64,000 bases of DNA, taken from positions 67,270,001-67,334,000 of the forward strand of contig NC_092344.1 in the NCBI RefSeq assembly GCF_963676685.1, written 5' to 3'. Position 1 is the first letter of the stretch, and each line of letters starts with the position of its first letter. Below the pieces are notes generated by a model. It did not search any database. It saw only the letters and a program-made list of their open reading frames with translations, and was not told where the DNA came from. Positions 1-12,790 of this stretch are shown piece after piece. The DNA comes from Mytilus edulis (lineage: Eukaryota). Both the position numbers and the translations under genes were made by a program.

Positions 1-1420
1 TTTTCATTCAATATGTTTCAACTTGGATTTACACATTACTTGTTGGCGATTTTTTTACATAAAGCTAGCGGTTGAATAAAATAAACATCTCTGTCATGAA
101 TAATAAAGATTAAAATGAATTTTGTGATCATTTGGGAATTTTGCTGCCAAAATTGGGAAAAATGTAGGGTTTTTGCCGTTGGGAATGGGTCCGAATACCG
201 GACCCTGTGGAATGCTAGAAAAATCCATGAATTATAAAATACAGAAACTGCAAATTATTTAACAAAAAACAATTTGTGTTTATCTTTTAAACCAAAAAAG
301 TTATGTCTTTCTTTCGAAAGGGAAAATACGGCCACAAATCCGAATTTTGATCAAATATACAAAATTTGGACCTTGTTTTATTCAAAAAGTAGCACATGAA
401 GGTATATTTTTTGTTACATATTTGATTTAATCAGGTAAAAAATAGTCTATATGGAAATTTTTATCATAATGTAAATACGGGATAAAAACTGTATTGTATG
501 CCCTTCAATAGATATCCTTGTGTTATGTGTTTTCGTACTAATAACTTTTTTCACTGCTTACGGTTTTCACTGTCGAGTCTTTAAACACATGTGTACTAAA
601 ATTCTAAAAGCATGTTCTGTCGAATGTTTTTAGGTATCTAGATTTTTTTGTCAAGGCTTATTACAAATTTTTACTGTTTCCAATTATTTTGTGATTTTGG
701 TATGCCAAAAAACAGTGTCATATGTTTTTCTATAAAGTAAAAACTAGATCAGTACACAGACAGGAAATTAAAATCTTGAAATGAGTATTTTCTAAAGTTG
801 TGGTTCTGGTAATTTCTTGAATCATGAAAAAAGTTATTTAATTCTTTTCAGTACTAAAACTTACTAATAAATAGTTTTTGGTTGATGTGTCATGTGCTGA
901 ATTTGTAACATTATGATTTTTTTCCAGATTGGCACTTGTTTTTGTAGTACAAAGGTCATTATTTTTTTTTAATTTAAAATGCAGTTTTTGAAAATTTGAA
1001 ATTAAATGTAAAACGTTAAGTCTGTTTTCATCTTTATGTATTAATGATGAATAAAAAGAATTGTCAATAGAATATCAAATGAATGAAGTTCATGAACAAC
1101 CATTTTATATTAGAACCCTGTTAATTTTAATTCACTGGTTTGTAATAAAAACAACCAAAAGAACACATGACAGTCAGATGTCTTGAAGATCATGTGTCTT
1201 ACAGACAACGACATAGCTGTACTTCATGTAACACTTCAGAATTTTTCTCAACAACCATTATAGTGATGCATATTTTTTACATCAAATAAAAATGGCCAAA
1301 CAGGTCAGTTTTATTAAATTTGTTCTAACGTCTTTTAAAGCAACTTTAAATATGTTTTAAATTTGCCATGTTGTAGTGTTGTTGTTGTTCCAAATATAGA
1401 AACCAAAAAACATGTCACAA

Positions 1421-1867
1421 CATAGAATGAATTTCAAAACAGTGTAGCTTTGGCCATTGATTGACACATTAAATTCATCCATTTCCCGGGACAATTTACG
1501 TGAACGTTTGTCTGTAGCGACCACTGTTCACGACGTACCTACGATAGACATTTAAATTGTGGGGTCACCAAAGGTTTCTTAACGCCTTTAATTATAAAAT
1601 AATTCGAAAAAATAATCAGGAATAACCTTTAGGTTTTGATTTATATAATATATATAAATCAAAACATCGTGTTATTTCGGATTAATTTTTCGAATTTATT
1701 TATGTGTTGAGAACCTTTGGTGACCCCATAGTTTAAGTGTCTTTAAAAAGTACATAGTGAGCATTGGTCCTTACATACAAACGTTTACCTAAATTGTCCC
1801 AGTAAATGGATGAATTTAATGTGTCAATCAATGGCCACAGCTACACTGTTTTGAATTTCATTCTATG
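1421..1867. mobile_element. Foldback (near-palindromic) non-autonomous DNA transposon/MITE, copy 1
   Basis: Left arm catagaatgaatttcaaaacagtgtagctttggccattgattgacacatt... is the reverse complement of the right arm ...gtgtcaatcaatggccacagctacactgttttgaatttcattctatg over about 200 bp. A second copy lies at 63521-63961. No clean TSD. Confidence 0.85.
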
Positions 1868-3239
1868 TGTGTGCAAACAAAACTGATGAAATATGGATGA
1901 TACAAAGACATATGACATAGGAAAACATATGACACAATGATATGCGGGACAGATTCTCAGGTCAGCCAGGAATCGCAATAAGGTGTATAAGCGTGTAGTG
2001 CAAATAATTATGAAGCCTTGAAATGTTCAATGAACTACACATCTTCTATAAGATTGTATGTAGACATTGACAAATCCATCAAATCAATATCCACAAAAAT
2101 AAAAAAAATTCTTAATCCTTGAAAATTGGAAATCATGAAAATAAATGAATCCACAGTATATACATGCTGATTTGTTAACCCTTTTGTTTGCATATTATGG
2201 ACTGTAAAAAGATAATCAAAATTTTAAATAGGAAAAATGATCAGCAGGTCTGGAGATGACCAACAAATCAAAATAACTTTAGTCATGAATTATGTTCTAC
2301 TGTTTTCAATAGTGTAAATGCACATTAAGATCCATGTGAGGGGTACAGACTCTTTAATGCCTCTTCTCTTTAAATAGTATTGATTTGCTAACCTCTTTCA
2401 ATTGTGTAATCATGGTAAGGGTAGCATATTCATCTCAAATCCATGTGATCCTTCAACCTTGTTAGATGCCTGGTCAGATATTGTGTAGTTAATCTACATC
2501 ATGTACATGTAGTTCTGTAAATTTAATTCCAGACATGGAAAAGATTACTTCAATGTCATAAATCTTGCATTGTCACCCTGGAAATTACCAGATAATCCAA
2601 TAAATCTTTTTTAATGCAGAATTGAATCATAACTGGCTAAGTTTCTGAAATTGACAATGTCTTAGTAGTGAAAATATCTGCAATTATAATTCTGTTGAAA
2701 TTTTGTTTAGAGTTATCTTTCTTCTGCTTCCTATTTACAGCTGGTAATAATTTTATTGAACATTCAAATTTTGATTTGCAGTGTGCTAATTAACAAAGAC
2801 CTAGCAGAAAGGCTACAATACATTAAAGTGTTCAATCAAATGATAATTTGTTACATGATTACATGATACTTGTAGTAAATTATTAAAGAAGATTAAAAAA
2901 ACTAATGAAATAATGACTTGTTGCAATATTTGGCAAAATGTTAAGATGTTGAAAATTCATTCTTCTGAGAAAAAAAATGTTATATTATAAGTTATGGTTT
3001 CATGTGTCTAAGAGGTTTAAAATATAAGTCAAAGACATGCTGTCATGCAACAGGATGATTCCTTTCCTGATACAAGATTAACCTGGCCACATGCTTTAAC
3101 TTTATCTGTCTAAATGAACTTTCAATTGGAATACAAATATAAAGTCATAAGTGAGCACTGAAGATTCATATGAGCATTTAGTTTTACAGAATGATTGAAA
3201 CAAAGAATAACATTATAAACTGATTTCTTTTTATTTCAG

Positions 3240-3404
3240 GGTCTTGTGGGATTAGTTACAGGAGGGGCATCAGGACTTGGGAAAGCCACTGTAGAAAGAT
3301 TTGTAAGACAAGGTGCTAGAGTTATACTATGTGATCTTGAGAAATCAGCTGGTAAAGATGTTGCTGACAATTTAGGTGACAACTGTATATTCTCTCCAAC
3401 AAAT
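3240..3404 (+). CDS. HSD17B10: 3-hydroxyacyl-CoA dehydrogenase type 2 (HSD17B10/scully/MRPP2), coding exon 2 (165 nt)
   Basis: Acceptor tttcag at 3239, donor gtaagt at 3405. My translation GLVGLVTGGASGLGKATVERFVRQGARVILCDLEKSAGKDVADNLGDNCIFSPTN has the SDR Rossmann motif TGxxxGxG. Not in the ORF track. Confidence 0.95.
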
Positions 3405-3660
3405 GTAAGTTGTGTATTGTAAGAAGATTGACTGTAGGATATGTCCTTCTAAAATTGAGACACTTTCATTTGTGAAGATCTATTTAAAAAAGGAAGAAAA
3501 AATGTTCATGGCTTGGTTACTTGGTTGACCATGTGTTTACAGATACAGGCATATATATCTGATAAGAATTGCACATGTAATGGAATGTTAAAATGAAAAA
3601 TATATTAACTTATATTAGAAACATTAAAAATTTCAAAAAAAAAATTTCAAAAGAAGTGTT

Positions 3661-4761
3661 TTAAAGGTCACCTGGCCCAAAGGGCTAAGTGAGCTTTTCT
3701 TATCACTTGGTGTTAGTCGTCTGTCATCCCTCGTTGTTAACTTTTACAAAAATCTTCTCCTCTGAAACTGGGCCAAATTTAACAACACTTGGCCACAATC
3801 ATCATTGGGGTATGTAGTTTAAAAATGTGTCCGATGACCCGGCCAACCAATCAAGATGGCCACCATGGCTAAAAATAGATCATAGGGGTAAAATGTAGAG
3901 ATAAACAGCAATAATGTTCAGCAAAATAAAGTCTACAAATAAGTCAACATGATAAAAATTGTCAAATGACCCCTTAAGGAGTTATTGCCCTTTATAGTCA
4001 ATTTTTAACCATTTTTCTAAAATTTTAGTAATCTTTTACAAAAGTCTTCTCTTCTGAAAATAGTGGGCCAAATTTAACCAAACTTGGCTACAATCATCAT
4101 TGGTATGTTTATTTTAAAAAAAATGTGTCTGATGACTAGGCCAACCATCCAAGATGGCCACCATGGCTAAAAAATTTACATAGGGGTAAAATGTAGATTT
4201 TGGCTTTAATCTCTGTAACCAAAGCATTTAGAGCAAATCTGACTTGGGTACAATTGTTTATCAGGTAAAGATCTATCTGCCATGAATTTTTTATACAAAT
4301 CAGACAACCCATTGTTGGGTTGCTGCCCCTGAATTAGTAATTTTAAGGAAATTTTGTAGATTTTGGTTATTATCTTGAATATTATCATGATTATTATGGA
4401 TAGATATAAACTGTAAACAGCAATAATGTTCAGCAATGTAAGATCTACAAATAAGTCAACAGGACCAAAATTGCAATTGACCCCTTAAAAGGAGTTATTG
4501 CCCTTTATAGTAAATTTTTAACAATTTTCATAAATCTTTGTAAATTTTTGTAAATTTTTACAAAATTCTTTCCACTATAACTACTGGACCAAGTTCATTA
4601 TAGATAGAGATAATTGTAGCAACAAGAATGTTTAGTAAAGTAAGATCTACAAACACATCACCATCACCAAAACACAATTTTGTCATGAAATTTTCTGTGT
4701 TCATTGTTTAATATGCACATAGACCAAGGTGAGCGACACAGGCTCTTGAGAGTCTCTAGTT
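3661..4761 (+). mobile_element. HINE-like (Helentron-associated, DINE-1/pearl-type) non-autonomous element in HSD17B10 intron
   Basis: 5' ggtcacctgg..gtgagc sub-TIR/IR, degenerate (gtc) microsatellite, and an internal repeat of about 510 bp period (3902 vs 4414). 3' aggtgagcga plus stem-loop aggctcttgagagtct and ctagtt end. The same family occurs at 18477-19458. Confidence 0.8.
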
Positions 4762-4949
4762 AGATATATGCTTTTAAAAATAGAAATGCTTTAGTATAGA
4801 AATATAAAACTTACTTTGAGATTGTCATATTGTTTTAATGCTATGTACATGTATGTACATGCTGTAGCTAGATGAAATTATACATGTATCATGTGTATGG
4901 CATTGGTATAAAGTTTCTTCATAAACCAGGATTTGGGTTTTTTTTTCAG

Positions 4950-5114
4950 GTAACATCAGAAGCTGATGTGAAAAAGGCTTTAGAAATAGCCAAAGATAAA
5001 TTTGGTAAACTTGACGTTGCTGTTAACTGTGCAGGAATTGGAATAGCCTTTAAAACATACAACTTCAACAAAAAACTACCTCATAATCTGGAAGATTTTG
5101 CAGAAGTTATAACA
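4950..5114 (+). CDS. HSD17B10: HSD17B10 coding exon 3 (165 nt)
   Basis: Acceptor ttttcag, donor gtgagt, phase 0/0. [55 protein letters not shown] has the NCAG motif. Lies inside ORF 4872-5246. Confidence 0.95.
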
Positions 5115-5160
5115 GTGAGTAATATTACCGTATACACAGATTTATATTTGTGGTTTTCAG

Positions 5161-5508
5161 AAAGCAAGGCGAAAGATGCCAAAGGGAATTTCAAACTCAT
5201 AAATCCAAAACAAACTGACAAGGCCATCATGGCCATGGAAAAATAAGCTTTTAAAAGTTTTGAAATGGAGTTTTAAGTTCATTTATAGTCATTTTAATCC
5301 ACTGCATACTGTAAAAGAGGGACGAAAGATACCAGAGGGATAGTCAAACTCATAATTCGAAAATAAACTGACAACGCCATGGCTAAAAATGAAAAAAACA
5401 AACAGACAAACAATATTACACATGACACAACATAGAAAAACTAAAGAATAAACAATACAAACCCCACCAAAAACTATTGGTGATCTCAGGTGCTCCGGAA
5501 GAGTAAGC
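5161..5508 (+). repeat. Interspersed repeat family (gacgaaagataccagaggga...aactgacaacgccatggcta), two adjacent copies
   Basis: Same sequence recurs at 29280, 62979 and (reverse) about 52280-52460. It produces spurious ORF 5289-5510. Confidence 0.75.
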
Positions 5509-6844
5509 ACTTATGACATGTAACTGAAATGCATAATATCTTCTTCTATTTAAACCCCTATGGAGATTTGAAGAAGTTATCATGTGAGAGCATTCGAAAA
5601 AAATCATGTATCTCCCAGTTTTCTACTCATAATTATCAGATTATATACACCTCAAACTATATCCCTGCAATATCTGGTGATTGAAAATATCTCTATAGAA
5701 AATAATTGAAAATTTAGAAGAACTCCTGTTTTCGACTCAATTTTAGATGCTTATAACTCAAAATCAAGATCATGGAAATGTATTTTTCAGGCTTAATATT
5801 ATCTTTCAATATTTGATGGCTATTTTGGGATTCCGCTATGTTGAAACTAACTAGGTCTAAGTCTTCACCTCCACAAGGTCTTTTATTTCAAACATTCCTT
5901 GGTCTATTCTAAAACTTTAATATGCAACATTTAAAAAAGAGACATCAAATTTTAAATAAAATCATTAGGTGTATTTCCTGGTTGACAACCAAATGACATG
6001 CATATATAAATATCTTTAATAAAAATATCAAAATAAAAATATAAATAATATTTTAAAATTACATGGTATGAAGACATTAACGAGATTTAAATTGACTGGG
6101 AAAACAGCTGTTCTCAGGGTCATTAAATAGTACATATATATAAAATCAATCATCTGGTTACAGTTTTATATAATGATATTTATTTATGTTTTTTTTTGGA
6201 CCACATGCAAAATTATTGTATCAATAGTTTTATGAGTAGATTGTCATTATCATCATGGAATTGAAATACAAAAGTGTTTATTGGGCTATTTTCATTAAAT
6301 GACCCATGGAAATATCACAAATAATTACATGGCAGAAGGGGGTCTGAGATCTAACAGTTATTGAATAATTACCATCTTGGATTATTGGATTATTGTAAAT
6401 TTGGTTTTTAGTACCTTTTAATATTGCAGATTACCATAGATTTAAAAGATAGATTTTCTGTTAATATCTAAATTTAAAAATGTTTTTCCAAGTTAACATG
6501 ATTACTCTCAAATATATAAATGTAATAATTTATCAAACTAATTATTATTGAGTGGATTTTGAATTGATATTCAAATATTGCAACTATGATAATATTTATC
6601 TTCAACAAATCAGGTAGTAAAGAATTCCTTGAATACAGCTTTAAAATATGCAAAATGCTTTAAAATACTCATGAAATACAATTTTTCTTAATCCATGAAA
6701 ATTGGTACAGTTTCCAGGGAAATAAATGAATGTACAATACATGAAGTAGATACCATACTTTAAGTACATCACAGTACTTAACACATTCTTACTAAGTTGA
6801 GTGATATTTTTAAAACTTTTATTTCTTCACTGTGTCTTTTTCAG

Positions 6845-7082
6845 GTCAATACTGTTGGCAGCTTCAACGTGATAAGATTGTCAGTTGGACTGATTGGGGA
6901 GAATGAACCTGACGCAGATGGACAGAGGGGTGTGGTCATTAACACGTCAAGTGTGGCAGCATTTGATGGTCAGATGGGTCAAGCCGCTTACTCAGCTAGT
7001 AAGGGTGCCATTGTAGGAATGACTTTACCTATAGCCAGAGATTTAGCTAATCAGGGCATCAGATGTTGTACTATAGCTCCAG
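6845..7082 (+). CDS. HSD17B10: HSD17B10 coding exon 4 (238 nt, catalytic YxxxK)
   Basis: Acceptor tttcag, donor G|gtaaat (phase 1). [12 protein letters not shown]...[42 protein letters not shown]...TIAPG is diagnostic of HSD17B10. Confidence 0.96.
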
Positions 7083-7961
7083 GTAAATAAAAAGTAGTGA
7101 CAGTAGCTTTATTTATCCATCTTGACTGGATTGTGCAAAAAGAAAGCCGAATCCCAATCTGTAATCTAATCAGTCCAATACCTGCATATTGGCCTTTGAA
7201 CGCTTTCACTCAGCTGTTTAGGCCCATTTAGTTTTTAAAATGAACTTAACATTTTAAAATACATTCATCTCAAATTCTCAATCCAAATCTTTGAAAGCCA
7301 AGGATGTGTTAGAGAAGAAAAATAGAAGCCAAGGATACCAAATTAAAGGGACATTTAAATTCATGATTTCTTAAAATGGACTTAATTACTATATATAGCC
7401 AAATACATTTTAGGTCAACTTTGCCTTAAGGAGTTAGAACTTACACTGTTTTAACACTCACAAACAAACTTTGATTTCCAAACTTTTGGTATCCAGTGAA
7501 TCAGATGAAGAGGTACATAAGTCATTGACACTGTTATCATTATAATGTTCAACAGTAAAAACTTTGAGAAAAGAAATGCTTCTGATGTTAGCTTATGGAC
7601 ACTGATTCTTATTTCATTTTTCACAAAAGAAATGTTTCTTAGTTATGATGTCAGCTTATGATTCTAATTGAGCACCTAACTTCAAGTTGACATTTTCTCA
7701 GAACATTTTGTGCTGTTTTCAGTTGCACAAAAATAAAGGTTAATATTGATTTTGATGATTATGGCACCTTCAGTCTGTTTCATTGGAACATCAGTTCTAG
7801 TTGTAAAATGAGGCATTAGACAAATACCAAAATAGTTGGAGCTAAGAATGGAACTAATATTGTCATCTATATGAAACCCTGATTTAAGTGGGTCATCAGT
7901 GATGTGTGTATCACAACTGGTGACTGTCATTAAAAGTAACAAATGATATTTTTCTTTTCAG

Positions 7962-8152
7962 GTTTATTTAACACACCTTTACTTGCCAGTTTACCAGAAA
8001 AGGTTCAGACTTATTTAGCATCAACAATTCCTTTTCCAAAACGTTTGGGCGATCCAGATGAATATGCCCACATGGTACAAACAATCGTAGAAAACCCATA
8101 TCTAAATGGTGAGGTCATAAGAGTGGATGGTTCAATAAGGATGATGGCATAA
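7962..8152 (+). CDS. HSD17B10: HSD17B10 last coding exon (191 nt)
   Basis: Acceptor ttttcag, phase 1. (G)[62 protein letters not shown] then stop TAA. Confidence 0.96.
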
Positions 8153-9046
8153 TTTGTGAAGAAAACTGAACAAACTTTGATTAAAAATGTGTATTGTGAT
8201 ATTTTATAATTGAAATGAAGACATAATATTTGTTAGTGTGTTGTTTTAATTAGCCATGCCATATAATACCCTCCTTCCTCACATGATTATTTTAAGATCA
8301 GAGTTTTGGTATTGATGAACCAGCAAACAAAAACTAGTGAACAAGTACTTTGACTGTTTCTTCGTTTGTCAATGATTTAACCTTCATTTGATAGTCATTA
8401 ATGCTGTTTGCAGGACAGATCAGATATTTGACGTAAAACGGGCATAATTGTCCGTAATGGTAAAAGTAATGTCAAGGTTAGTGTTGATTTTATGCCAAAT
8501 ATGGTATTTATTCCAATCAAATGGGAAGTAAATACCCACCTTCTGAATCTACCACTGGTTTCAGCTTGTAAACAAAACTAAAGAACCTATGAAATATACT
8601 TATATGAATTCTAATCAGCCATGGACTGTTTTCCGCTCTTTGGTCTGGTTGTTGTTTCTTTGACACATTCTCAATTTTAATAAGACAATTCCACATTTGA
8701 TATATTTAAGTTGTCTTCTGGTATATCATCTCTCAAATGGCTGGGTTGCAATATTGTGACTAAATTCGGATATTTCTAGAAAAATAAGAAACAAAAAATC
8801 CTTTTAACAAGTCCATAATAGCAGATGTGCAACTTCAACATATGCGCAGTTTTCCAGTGAAGGTACAGGAATCTATGTCTTTTATTTTAGGAGGACTTGA
8901 TACCACAAGAACAGTAACCACTTTTCCACACCCACCTACCCTACTATATATGCTAACCAGCTGACATCACCATGCTATAAGCATTAACTTGAATTATTTT
9001 TTAATTGAAAAATTCTAATTTAATATAAGGTTGAATATGTTTTAAT

Positions 9047-10680
9047 GCTGGATCCTAAAATGTTTCAATAAGAACTGATATTGTCCAATTATTTCACCAT
9101 ACAAGTCAATACTGGATCCTTAAATGTTTCAATAAGAACTGTTGGTGTCCTTCGAATATTTTCACCATATATTTCGATACTGGATCATGAAATATTTCAA
9201 TAAGAACTGCTTGTGTCCTTCTTTCACCATACAACTCAATACTGGGTCCTGAAAGGTTTCAATAAGAACTACTGTTGTCCTTACACCCTACAACTCAATT
9301 CTGGATCCTAAAAGGTTTAAATAAGAACTGCTGGTGTCCTTTTTACACAATACAACTCAATACTAGATCCTGAAATGTTTCAATAAGAATTGCTAGTGTC
9401 CTTCGTTCACCCTACAACTCGATACTGGATCTTGAAATGTTTGAATAAAGACTGCTGGTGTCCTTACACCCTACAACTTAAAACGGGATCCTGAAATGTT
9501 TGAAGAAGAACTTTTGAGACAAATGCCTGACGTCTTTCACCATTGAACCTCAATACTGGATCCTGAAATGTTTCAAGAAGAACTGTTTTTGCCCTTCTTA
9601 CACCATACAACTCAGTACTGGATCCTGGAATGTTTCAAGAACTGTTGGTGTCCTTCTTACACCGTACATTTCAATACTGGATCCTGAAATGTGAGAACTT
9701 CAGTACTGGATCCTGAAACGTTGCTAGAAGAACTGTCTGTGTCCTTCTTACACCGTGCAATTCAATACTGGATCCTGAAATGTTTCAAAAAGATCTGCGG
9801 GTGTCCTTACACAATACAACTCAATACTGGGTTTTGAAATGTTTCAAGAAGAACTGTATGATCCTTCTTACACATACAACTCAGCACTGGATCCTGAAAT
9901 GTTTCAAGAAGAACTGTTGGTGTCCTGTTACCATATAACTCAATACTTGATCCTGAAATGTTTCAAGAAGAACTGTTGGTGTCCTTCTTTCACCATACAA
10001 CTCAATACTTGATCCTGAAATGTTTCAAGAAGAACTGCTGGTGTTCTTCTTTCACCATACACCTCAATACTTGATCCTGAAATGTTTTAATAAGAACTGC
10101 TGGTGTTCTTCTTTCACCAAAAACTCAATACTGGACCCTGAAATGTTTAAATAAGAAATACTTGTGTCGTTCTTACACCATACATTTCGATACTGGATCC
10201 TGAAATGTTTCAAGAAGAATTGCTGGTGTCCTTCTTTCGCTATACAACTCAATACTGGATCCTGAAATGTTTCAATAAGAACTGTTAGTGTTCTCCTTAC
10301 ACAATACAACTCAATACTGGGTCTTGAAATGTTTCAAGAAGAACTGAAATGTTTCAAGAAGAACTGTTTGTGTCCTTTGTACACCATACAACTCAATACT
10401 GGATCTTTAAATGTTTCAAGAAGAACTGTTGGTGTCCTTACACAATACAACTCAATACTGGACCTTGAAATGTTTCAATAAGAACTGTTGGTGTCCTTCT
10501 TTCACCATACTTTTCAATACTGAATCATGAAATTGCTGGTGTCATTTCACTATACATTTCAATACTAGATCCTAGAATGTTTCAATAAGAACTGTTTGTG
10601 TCCTTACACCCTACAACTCAATACTGGATCAAGAAATGTTTAATAAGAACTGTTGGTATCTTCTTACACGAAACATTTCA
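9047..10680. repeat. Tandem satellite array, 59-62 bp unit, about 27 copies
   Basis: Unit caatactggatcctgaaatgtttcaagaagaactgttggtgtccttctttcaccatacaact. Period 62 between 10003 and 10065; 59-bp variants lack a ctt. Confidence 0.95.
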
Positions 10681-11915
10681 ATTCCTGACCTGCAGGACAT
10701 TAATAAACCGCGGAGATTGAAATCACAATTTTAAAAAAGTACAATCAGTCGAATATCGTGTCATTTAGGATCATCCAAACGTTTCAGAAACAATGTTGCT
10801 AATCTACAAATATGCCTATGTGACCAAAAAATACCAGTTTTAAGGAATACGGGTAAACATTAAAATATAAAAATGACATTGCATTAACAGGTGAGCGATT
10901 TGGGGTTTTAGTAGCCTCTAATTTGCAAATATCTTGTAAAGCATGATCTCAGAGCATGATACATAGAGAGAAGTTATAAGTAGCCAGATAAGATCTACAA
11001 AAATCATCATTATCAAAACGTTCCTTTGAGAGTAAATACTCTTAAATGACAATTTTTACACATTTTATGCATTTTTTATATTTCTTGAAAACCTCAAACA
11101 ACTTTATCAGCTAGATAAGATCTACAACGAAACAAATATAACGTATTGAAGTTAATTTTGAAAATAAATATCAAAGCTTAATATTTTTGCCAGGTGAGCC
11201 ATTCAGGTTCTAAGGACCTACTTTTTTTTAAATCATGAACTTTTCTATTACCACTGTCCTTAGCTTTTATTCTTATCTGATATTTACATATATTTTTGTT
11301 GGATATTTATTTTATTTGGTTCATTTGTTGATACATTAATTTCAATATCTTATAAAACTCGTTTGTTTTGTGTATCCATTGTTTTTTTACTGTCACATCC
11401 GATAATCCCTAAGCAATGATTCTGAAATTCTTAATATACAAACCAAAATTTGCAGTAAATCAATATGCTGAATTATCTGAATTTTTTGTGACAATAATCA
11501 AATGTTCCTCCTAATTGATTCCCTTACGAAACCCCAGTTTGCATAATTATTTTGACGGCAATACAATTGCTTAAAGTGAAAGGTGTCTTATCTCGTATCT
11601 TAAACAGATTTTACATAAAGTTGTTATGTAGTATTATCAAGATGGGAAGGCTAAACGCTTTCATTATGGTCATTAAAAAGTTTAAAGATGCACTTTAAAT
11701 GATTTTTTACACGTGTACCTTGTAAAAGTGTTGTACAGATCAAAGATGCTTCCAGGTCAAATGCTATCAATCACATGGTTTAATCAATTCAACAAGAGGC
11801 TCTGAATACCGTAGAGAAATGCTCAGAAAATAATCAGTAAAAGAGGAAAGGTACATCGTAAGGTTTTGATTTTTTTACAGATTGGAGACCAAGATTATTT
11901 TCTACAATGAATTAA

Positions 11916-12188
11916 GGTGGTACCTAACACTACAGGGAGATAACTCTGTAAAATCAGCTAAACGTTTTAATTATGTTGTGTTGTTAAGGGAATATTAAGC
12001 TTCTCAATGATCAAAATAAGTGTTTGTCAAACTGCTATATAACCAGTGTAATTTTTCTGATAAAACGGTTGGTTCAAATTTTTTGAAATTTTTATATTAT
12101 TGTAAAAGGGTCAAAGTAAATACTTTGTCAAAATTTTAAGAAAATTAAACGAGCCAAATTAACTTTAGTTAAAGTGTTGGGTACCACC
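11916..12188. mobile_element. Kolobok-like MITE (273 bp) with TTAA target-site duplication
   Basis: ttaa|GGTGGTACCTAACACT ... AGTGTTGGGTACCACC|ttaa, a 15/16 TIR match. GG termini with a TTAA TSD fit Kolobok rather than piggyBac (CC termini). Confidence 0.85.
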
Positions 12189-12649
12189 TTAATTATTGAA
12201 TTTAAAGTCTAAACGATTTCAGTATAACATGCAGTTCATGGCGATAGGACAATGAAAATCAGGCGTTGCATAAAAAAGGAACAATGTTGTTTTGCAATAC
12301 ATTGGCATAATAAAATGTTTACACAGAATGTAGTTTTCGACGATGGGCCAAAAACTGGCTTCACTGAATTATTTATTGAGTTGTACTAAAAAATCAGCAG
12401 AAATGTCTATTTTTTCCCCCAACATTTTGACGTTTAAAAAATTTCGATATTAAATAAACATCCTTACTGTTAAAATTGTCACAGATATATCATTTCAACT
12501 AATAATGAAGACTATTAAAGGTCTACACGGTTTCAACTAAACTTGGATTTTGTTCATTGATCATTGTTAAGAGTAGAAGTTGTTATGACAACTGTACGGA
12601 AGCGTATTAGGGACATAAAAAAATAAAATTGGCAGTGAACTTTTTTTTC

Positions 12650-12790
12650 AAAGTCGAAATTTTGACTTTTCAAATCTCGAAAGTTTGACTTTTCAAATCC
12701 CGAAATTTTGACATAAACTTGAAATTTTGACTTTCAAAAATCGTGAAATTTCGACTTTTTGAAAAGTCGAAATATTGACTTTTTTGAAAC
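12650..12790. repeat. Short tandem repeat of about 20 bp (tcgaaattttgactttt)
   Basis: About 6 degenerate units seen directly. Probably the subterminal array of a decayed DNA element. Confidence 0.7.

Noticed and set aside
5289-5607. ORFs MLTLPEHLRSP... on the minus strand
   Set aside because: They lie in a dispersed repeat found several times in the window, antisense within an HSD17B10 intron.
9047-10680. Regular array that could be mistaken for a CRISPR array, and ORF 10064-10309
   Set aside because: Whole units repeat with no unique spacers, there are no cas genes, and the context is eukaryotic. The ORF is a repeat artefact.
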